A stretch of 12,649 nucleotides of DNA from Candidatus Methylomirabilia bacterium (GTDB lineage: Bacteria; Methylomirabilota; Methylomirabilia; Rokubacteriales; CSP1-6). The translations under genes were made by a program, and so were the position numbers. The stretch spans positions 1 through 12,649 of the forward strand of contig JBGPXN010000133.1 of NCBI GenBank assembly GCA_041492755.1, read 5' to 3'. Shown in pieces: positions 7,470-12,649 of the stretch. Position 1 is the stretch's first letter, and the number at the start of each line of letters is the position of its first letter. The notes under the pieces were generated by a model. The model was not told the DNA's origin, did no database searches, and saw only the letters and a list, made by a program, of their open reading frames with translations.

Positions 7470-8738
7470 ATGTGGAAACAGCTTCTGCTCATGGCAGCTC
7501 TTGCTGTGCTGCTGCTCTCCGCGACGGCACCGGCGCTGGAGCCGCCGACCTTCAGCGACGAGGTCGTACGGATTCTCCAGACACGCTGTCAGACCTGTCA
7601 CCGTCCCGGAGAGCACGCGCCGTTTGCGCTGCTCACCTATCGCGATGCATACGAAAAACGGGACGACATTCGAGACGCCGTCAAGGGGCGCGTGATGCCC
7701 CCGTGGAAACCCGTGCCCGGCTTCGGTGATTTCGTCGAGCCGCGCCGACTCTCCGACCCCGAGCTCACGACGCTGGTGCGCTGGATCGAGGCGGGCGCAC
7801 CGGAGGGAGACCCCGCGAAGCTTCCGCCACCGCTCGTATTCCCGGAAGGATGGAAGCTGGGACCTCCCGACTACGTCCTCGAGATGGCCGAGACGTACAC
7901 GGTGCCCGCGCGCGCCAGCGACGTCTATCGCTGCTTCGTGATCCCCACGAATTTCTCCGAGGATCGCTGGGTCACGAAAGTCGAGTACGCGCCGGGCGAC
8001 CGCAAGCTCGTCCATCACATCCTCTCGTACATCGACACGACGTCCGCGGCGGAGGCTCTCGATCGCGGCGATCCCGGTCCCGGCTACACGTGCTTCGGCG
8101 GGCCTGGATTCACGCCGGCCGGCGGGCTCAGCGGCTGGGCGCCAGGCATCCAGCCGCGTGTGATGGCGGACGGCGTCGGCATGCTGCTCCCGAAAGGCGC
8201 GAAGGTCGTGGTGCAGATGCACTACAACAACGGCGCACCCGAGAGCCGCACCGATCGGACGCGCGTCGCGCTGCACTTCGCGAAGAGCCCGATCGAGAAG
8301 CGGCAGCGCGGCATTGCGGTCCTGAACCGCGCGTTCACGATCCCGCCCGGCGAGCGTCGCTACGAAGTGCGCGCGTCATTGACGGTGCCGTTCGGCCGGG
8401 ACCTCCACGCCAACACGATTGCGCCGCACATGCACCTGCTCGGGCGCGAGATGAAGGTGACCGCGACGTATCCCGACGGCACGATCCGTCCACTCATCCA
8501 CATCGACGACTGGGACTTCAACTGGCAGGGAAATTACACGTTCACGCAGTCGATTCCCCTGCCGAGCGGCACGCGGATCGACATGGTCGCGGTGTTCGAC
8601 AACTCCGCCGAGAACGTCCGTCAGCCGAGCCGTCCTCCGCGGCCGGTGAGCTGGGGCGAAGGGACGACCGATGAGATGGCGATCGTCTTCCTCGGGGTGA
8701 CGGTCGACGGCGAGCACATCGGTTGGCGACCCCGGTGA
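7470..8738 (+). CDS. Secreted cytochrome c (CxxCH) fused to a copper type II ascorbate-dependent monooxygenase (PHM/DBH-like) domain
   Basis: Signal peptide MWKQLLLMAALAVLLLSATAPA. CQTCH at 7587-7601 and MPPW (candidate axial Met). CuH ligands LVHHIL and QMHY; CuM ligands PHMH and DEM; also WDFNWQ. Confidence 0.88.
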   Translation: MWKQLLLMAALAVLLLSATAPALEPPTFSDEVVRILQTRCQTCHRPGEHAPFALLTYRDAYEKRDDIRDAVKGRVMPPWKPVPGFGDFVEPRRLSDPELTTLVRWIEAGAPEGDPAKLPPPLVFPEGWKLGPPDYVLEMAETYTVPARASDVYRCFVIPTNFSEDRWVTKVEYAPGDRKLVHHILSYIDTTSAAEALDRGDPGPGYTCFGGPGFTPAGGLSGWAPGIQPRVMADGVGMLLPKGAKVVVQMHYNNGAPESRTDRTRVALHFAKSPIEKRQRGIAVLNRAFTIPPGERRYEVRASLTVPFGRDLHANTIAPHMHLLGREMKVTATYPDGTIRPLIHIDDWDFNWQGNYTFTQSIPLPSGTRIDMVAVFDNSAENVRQPSRPPRPVSWGEGTTDEMAIVFLGVTVDGEHIGWRPR

Positions 8739-9607
8739 GGGTCACGCCACCGCAGAGCGCTGCCCCGTCGCGCCGTACGGCCCTGATCGTTGGTGTGCTG
8801 GCGCTGATCGTCGCGGGTTGCCGGCTCGCCGCCGGCCCCGCCATCCCCGGCGTCGCCACGGGAGAGACGGTCCGCGCCGTGGTCGCGGGCCCGACCATTC
8901 CCGGCGCGTCGCCCGAATCACGGGCTGCCCTCGCTCGCGGCGAGTGGCCGGCCTACGCGGGCACGGACGCGAGCGCGAAGTACTCGCCCCTCGACCAGAT
9001 CGATCGGCAGAACGTCGGGGCGCTGCGCATCGCCTGGCGCTGGAGCTCCCCGGATCGGGCGCTTCGAGACGCGGACCCGAGCATCGATCCCAGCTTTCGC
9101 AACGAGTCGACGCCGGTGATGCTGAACGGCGTGCTCTACACGACGACCTCGCTGTCGCAGGTCGCGGCCATCGACGCCGCGACGGGGCAGACAAAATGGG
9201 TCTTCGACCCCGGCGTGCACAAGTACGGAATGCCCGCGAACAACGGCTGGCTGCACCGCGGCGTCGCGCACTGGCGCGATGGCGACGACGAGCGCGTCAG
9301 CATGCTGACCGCGCACGCGTTCATGATCGCGCTCGACGCGAAGACCGGGCGGCCCGTCCCCAGCTTCGGCGAGGCGGGCTGGGTGGACCTGAGCCAGGAC
9401 CTCGGGCGACCGGTCTATGACCGGTCGCTCTACAGCAACACGTCGCCGCCGGTGATCGTGCGCGACATGATCGTCGGCGGCTCGTCGGTCACGGACTTCC
9501 CGCTGCAGCGCGACATGCCGCCCGGCGACGTTCGCGGGTTCGACGTGCGCACGGGCAAGAAGGTCTGGACGTTTCGCGCGGTCCCGCAGCGGGGCGAATG
9601 CCGATGA
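8735..9607 (+). pseudogene. PQQ-dependent (glucose/quinate-type) dehydrogenase, N-terminal fragment, with lipoprotein signal
   Basis: GTG overlaps the upstream TGA (GTGA 8735-8738). Signal SRRTAL...LIVAGC, then EWPAYAG, KYSPLDQI, ESTPVM, AIDAATG...W.FDP, HRGVAHW, TSPPVI and PGDVRGFDVRTGKKVWTF. The frame is lost after PQRGE at about 9598. Confidence 0.85.
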
Positions 9608-10739
9608 AGAGCTCGGCTACGTGTACCTGCCGTTCAGCACGCCGGCCAACGATTACTACGGCGGTCACCGCCACGGCGACAACCTGTTCGGCGAATCGCT
9701 CGTGTGTCTCGACGCGCGCACCGGCCATCGGATCTGGCACTACCAGTTCGTGCGCCACGGCCTCTGGGACTACGATCTTCCGGCGGCGCCGAACCTGATC
9801 GACGTCGCCGTGAACGGCCGGCGCGTGAAGGCCGTCGCGCAGGCGACGAAGCAGGGATTCGTGTTCGTGTTCGATCGCGTGACGGGCCAGCCGATCTGGC
9901 CCATCGAGGATCGACCGGTGCCGCAGTCGACGGTGCCCGGCGAGAAGAGCGCCTCGACGCAGCCATTCCCCACCAAACCGGCGCCGATCGACATCCAGGG
10001 CGTCCGCGAGGAAGATCTGATCGATCTCACGCCCGAGCTGCGCCGGCAGGCGATCGGGATCATCCGCGACTACGACCATGGCCCGCTGTACACACCGCCG
10101 AGCGAGCGGGGCGTGATCGCGATGCCCGGAGTGGCGGGCGGCGCGAGCTGGTCCGGCGGCGCGTGGGATCCGGAGACGGGAATCTACTACGTCACCACCG
10201 TCCGTCTCCCGTTCGTCCTGGAACTCTTCAAGCCGCCGGCGTTCCTCAGCGGCGACCGGTATGCCGGCCGGCCCACCTACCTGTCCGGTCCGCAGTCACT
10301 TCCGCTGTTCAAGCCGCCGTGGGGCAGCATGGTCGCGATCGACATGAGCACCGGCGCTCATCTCTGGCGCGTACCGATCGGATCGGGCAACACCCATCCG
10401 GCCATCAGGCGGCTCAACATCACCGAACGGCTCGGCCGGCCGTTCCGCAGCTTCGTGATCGTCACGAAGTCGCTCTTGCTGACCGTGCAGGCCGGCTATC
10501 AGAGCAACCAGCGGCCGTCACCGAACGCGCCGGGCCGCCGGCTCTTCGACCTGAACAACCTCGAGCCGGTGCTCGCGGCGTTCGACAAGGCGACGGGCGC
10601 GCTGATCGCGGAAATTGCGCTGCCGGCAAACGCGAGCGGCTCGCCGATCACCTACATGGCCGGCGGCAAGCAGTACGTGGCGTTCCCGGTGGGAGGGTCG
10701 AACATCCCCGAAGAGCTGATCGCGCTCACGCTGCCGTGA
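9600..10739 (+). pseudogene. PQQ-dependent dehydrogenase, C-terminal fragment (ORF track start 9621)
   Basis: Frame 3 reads ADEELGYVYLPFSTPANDYYGG from 9600, then ESLVCLDARTG, RHGLWDYDLPAAP, ATKQGFVFVFDRVTG, GGASWSG, KPPWG and GSPITYMAGGKQYV, ending at TGA 10739. No SD before GTG 9621. Confidence 0.85.
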
Positions 10740-10818
10740 GCGCGGATGTCGTCGGGCGTCTCGATCGTACGGCCTCGCCCCAGGGAGGACCCGGTCGAGG
10801 TGTATCCGAACTGCGACA

Positions 10819-10847
10819 TTGACCCGGTGCCGACGGGCTCATAGAGT
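10819..10847 (+). promoter_or_regulatory. Sigma70 promoter for a leaderless transcript of the coiled-coil gene
   Basis: TTGACC (10819-10824), 17-nt spacer, TAGAGT (10842-10847), 7 nt, then GTG 10855. Confidence 0.6.
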
Positions 10848-10854
10848 GCTTCCC

Positions 10855-11349
10855 GTGGACGACGAGACTCGCGCGGCGTTCGACTCTCTCAGGCAACATC
10901 TGGACGGCCGGTTCGGAGAGATGGACGGCCGGTTCGCGCAGATGGACGGCCGGTTCGCGCAGATGGACGGCCGGTTTGAGCAGGTGGACGGCCGGTTCGA
11001 GCAGGTGGACGGCCGGTTCGCGCAGGTGGACGCCCGGTTCGAGCAGGTGGACGCCCGGTTCGAGCAGGTGGACGCCCGGTTCGCGCAGGTGGACGCCCGG
11101 TTCGCGCAGGTGGACAGCCGGTTCGAGCAGGTGGATGGCCGGTTCGAGCAGGTGGACGGCCGGTTCGAGCAGGTGGACGGCCGGTTGGCGCAGATCGAGG
11201 ACCGGCTCAGCACGATCGACCAGAAAATCGATGCTCAGGGCGTCATGTTGCGCACGGAGATCCTGAGCGTTGCGCAGATGGTCGCCGCCAACACGGAGTC
11301 CATCGCGCTCCTGCGACGCGACGTCGACGACCTCCGCACGCGCCGTTAG
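10855..11349 (+). CDS. Hypothetical heptad-repeat coiled-coil protein (164 aa)
   Basis: (M)DDETRAAFDSLRQHL, 14 x D[GAS]R[FL][AEG][QE][VMI], then EDRLSTIDQKI...IALLRRDVDDLRTRR. Repeat variants keep this frame conservative (including synonymous TTC/TTT and GAC/GAT), and promoter geometry supports GTG 10855. Confidence 0.8.
   Translation: MDDETRAAFDSLRQHLDGRFGEMDGRFAQMDGRFAQMDGRFEQVDGRFEQVDGRFAQVDARFEQVDARFEQVDARFAQVDARFAQVDSRFEQVDGRFEQVDGRFEQVDGRLAQIEDRLSTIDQKIDAQGVMLRTEILSVAQMVAANTESIALLRRDVDDLRTRR
10903..11196 (+). repeat. Coding tandem repeat, 14 x 21 bp, consensus GACGGCCGGTTCGAGCAGGTG
   Basis: Contiguous 21-bp units with no spacers; units 2/3, 7/8 and 9/10 are identical adjacent pairs. 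Confidence 0.97.
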
Positions 11350-11401
11350 CCCCTGCTTGGATTTCAAACGTCCCTCTGTAGAGCAGCCGGCGCGACGTCG
11401 G

Positions 11402-12649
11402 CTATGTCAGCGATGGTCGCCACGCCCGCTTGGCCATCGCGTCGACGTCGCTGATGACCTCCACCACCGCCGGCGAGTTGGACGCGAGCGCTTTCTCCAG
11501 CGCGGGCCGGATGTCGTCGGGCCGCTCCACCCGGATGCCGACGCAGCCTATGGCCTCGGCCACTTTGGCGAAATTCACCTCGTGGCTGAAGTGCCACATC
11601 TCGGTCGCCCGGCCGCGCTGCTGGCCGCCGTAGGCGGCGTCGAAGAGGTGCTTCTCCTGGTTCAGCGCGTAGTTGTTGTTGACCAGCATGATCGCGTTGA
11701 TGTTGAAGCGCGCGGCGGTCTCCAGCTCGGCGAGGTGGTAGTAGAAGCCGCCATCACCGCAGAAGCCGATCACCGGCCGGTCGGGCAGCGCGCACTTGGC
11801 GCCGAGGGTGGCGGGGAAGGCCCAGCCCAGCGAGCCGGCGCAGCGGAGGAACCGCTGGCCGGGCTGCGTCAGCCGGATCATCTGGCCGGTCCACATGCCG
11901 GAGTGGCCGGTGTCCGATACCACGACGCCGCCCTCGGGCAACCAGTCCGAGATCTCCTTGCAGATCCGCTCGGGGCGGATGGGGACGGCGGCGGAGTTGC
12001 GCAACTGATCTGATTCTTCCCGGTACTCGCGGACCATGCTCTGCGCCCGGGTGAGCCACTCGCGTCGTGGCCGCGCCGCCCCCACGCTGGCGATAAGCTT
12101 CCGCAGCGTCACCTTCGCATCGCCCAGCAGCGCCGCCTGCAGCGGATAGCTGCGCCCGAGCTCCTCGGGATCGATGTCGAGCTGGATCGCGGCGATGCCC
12201 GGCTTCGGAACCTGCCAGTTGGTCGTGAGCTGTCCGCCCGCGTGACTGCCGATGAAGAACACGAGGTCGGCCTCGGCGACGATCCGGTTGGCGCACCAGC
12301 GGGAGTAGGTTCCCGGCACGCCGACGTTCAACGGATGGTCGTCGGGCAGCGCGGCCTTGGCGTTCAGCGATGTCGCGACGGGAATCTGGAGCAGCTCGGC
12401 GAGCTGCGCCAGCTCGGCCTCGGCGCCCGACCAGATCACGCCGCCGCCGGCGATGATGACGGGTCGCTCGGCCTGCACCAGCACGTGCACGGCGGCCCGC
12501 ACCGCGTCGGGCTCAGGCTCGGGCCGGAAGGCCGGGACCTGCATGAAGCGCTCCTCCCAGAAGGGAATCAGGTCGGCCTCGGTCTCGAGGACCTGCGCGT
12601 GGGTACCCGACATCTCCAGGTGCACCGGGCCGGGCGCGGCGCTGGTCGC
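11402..12649 (-). CDS. Thiamine pyrophosphate-dependent enzyme, acetolactate synthase large subunit-like (5' part outside window)
   Basis: Open to the window edge (ATSAAPGPVHLE). AERPVIIAGGGV, EADLVFFIGS, IQLDIDPEELGR, VVSDTG, GSLGWAFPATLGAK and ThDP motif GDGGF...MLVNN. Stop TAG at 11404-11402. Confidence 0.93.
   Translation of the reverse strand, partial: ATSAAPGPVHLEMSGTHAQVLETEADLIPFWEERFMQVPAFRPEPEPDAVRAAVHVLVQAERPVIIAGGGVIWSGAEAELAQLAELLQIPVATSLNAKAALPDDHPLNVGVPGTYSRWCANRIVAEADLVFFIGSHAGGQLTTNWQVPKPGIAAIQLDIDPEELGRSYPLQAALLGDAKVTLRKLIASVGAARPRREWLTRAQSMVREYREESDQLRNSAAVPIRPERICKEISDWLPEGGVVVSDTGHSGMWTGQMIRLTQPGQRFLRCAGSLGWAFPATLGAKCALPDRPVIGFCGDGGFYYHLAELETAARFNINAIMLVNNNYALNQEKHLFDAAYGGQQRGRATEMWHFSHEVNFAKVAEAIGCVGIRVERPDDIRPALEKALASNSPAVVEVISDVDAMAKRAWRPSLT

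Noticed and set aside
9581..9625. Programmed ribosomal frameshift joining the PQQ halves
   Set aside because: No slippery heptamer is visible, and a conserved segment is missing rather than just out of frame.
9765..9776. WDYD as a lanthanide-binding (XoxF/PedH-type) signature
   Set aside because: WDxD is the normal motif in glucose/quinate-type quinoproteins, and the protein lacks the vicinal Cys-Cys of methanol/ethanol dehydrogenases, so it is not diagnostic.
10903..11196. CRISPR array
   Set aside because: The units are contiguous with no unique spacers, are a multiple of 3, are in-frame coding, and no cas genes are present.
11385..11403. Hairpin AGCCGGCG-CGA-CGTCGGCT as an intrinsic terminator between convergent genes
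   Set aside because: It has a 3-nt loop, one G-U pair and no U-tract on either strand.
10743..11522. 15-bp direct repeat CGGATGTCGTCGGGC at 10743-10757 and 11508-11522 flanking the coiled-coil gene (att/TSD?)
   Set aside because: The second copy lies inside the intact ThDP gene about 100 nt from its stop, no integrase is present, and the sequence is a common high-GC codon run (PDDIR on the minus strand). Probably chance.
30..12296. Long alternative-frame and antisense ORFs (e.g. 30-1154, 1840-3513, 3589-4524, 6304-7446, 6306-7430, 9704-10822, 10726-11367, 11270-12013)
   Set aside because: They overlap genes with clear family motifs, are Arg/Pro/Ala-rich or antisense mirrors, and are expected in high-GC DNA.
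11402..12649. Calling the ThDP enzyme ilvB
   Set aside because: No small regulatory subunit or ilvC follows it; it is more likely a catabolic paralogue of unknown substrate.

Overview
GC-rich bacterial chromosomal segment of accessory metabolic and signalling genes. The gene repertoire and the TPR-tailed cyclase style suggest Ca. Rokubacteria/Methylomirabilota or a similar soil lineage (inference only). In order: the 3' end of a TPR-tailed cyclase/STAND-type protein; an alpha/beta hydrolase with Lys at the nucleophile position; a zinc-ribbon class III nucleotide cyclase that breaks off right after its Walker A and is joined out of frame to a C-terminal TPR tail; a GMC (choline dehydrogenase-like) oxidoreductase; an AlkB-family dioxygenase; an MFS transporter and a Gfo/Idh/MocA oxidoreductase; a secreted CxxCH-haem/copper type II monooxygenase translationally coupled to a lipoprotein PQQ dehydrogenase that is split by a frameshifting deletion; a small coiled-coil protein built from 14 x 21-bp repeats; and the 3' part of a ThDP enzyme. 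No rRNA, tRNA, CRISPR array or mobile element is visible. Best leads: the haem-Cu monooxygenase/PQQ dehydrogenase pair as a possible extracytoplasmic redox module, two deletion scars (about 2185 and 9599), a symmetric bidirectional promoter with an unannotated 31-aa ORF, three leaderless-type promoters, and the heptad-repeat protein.
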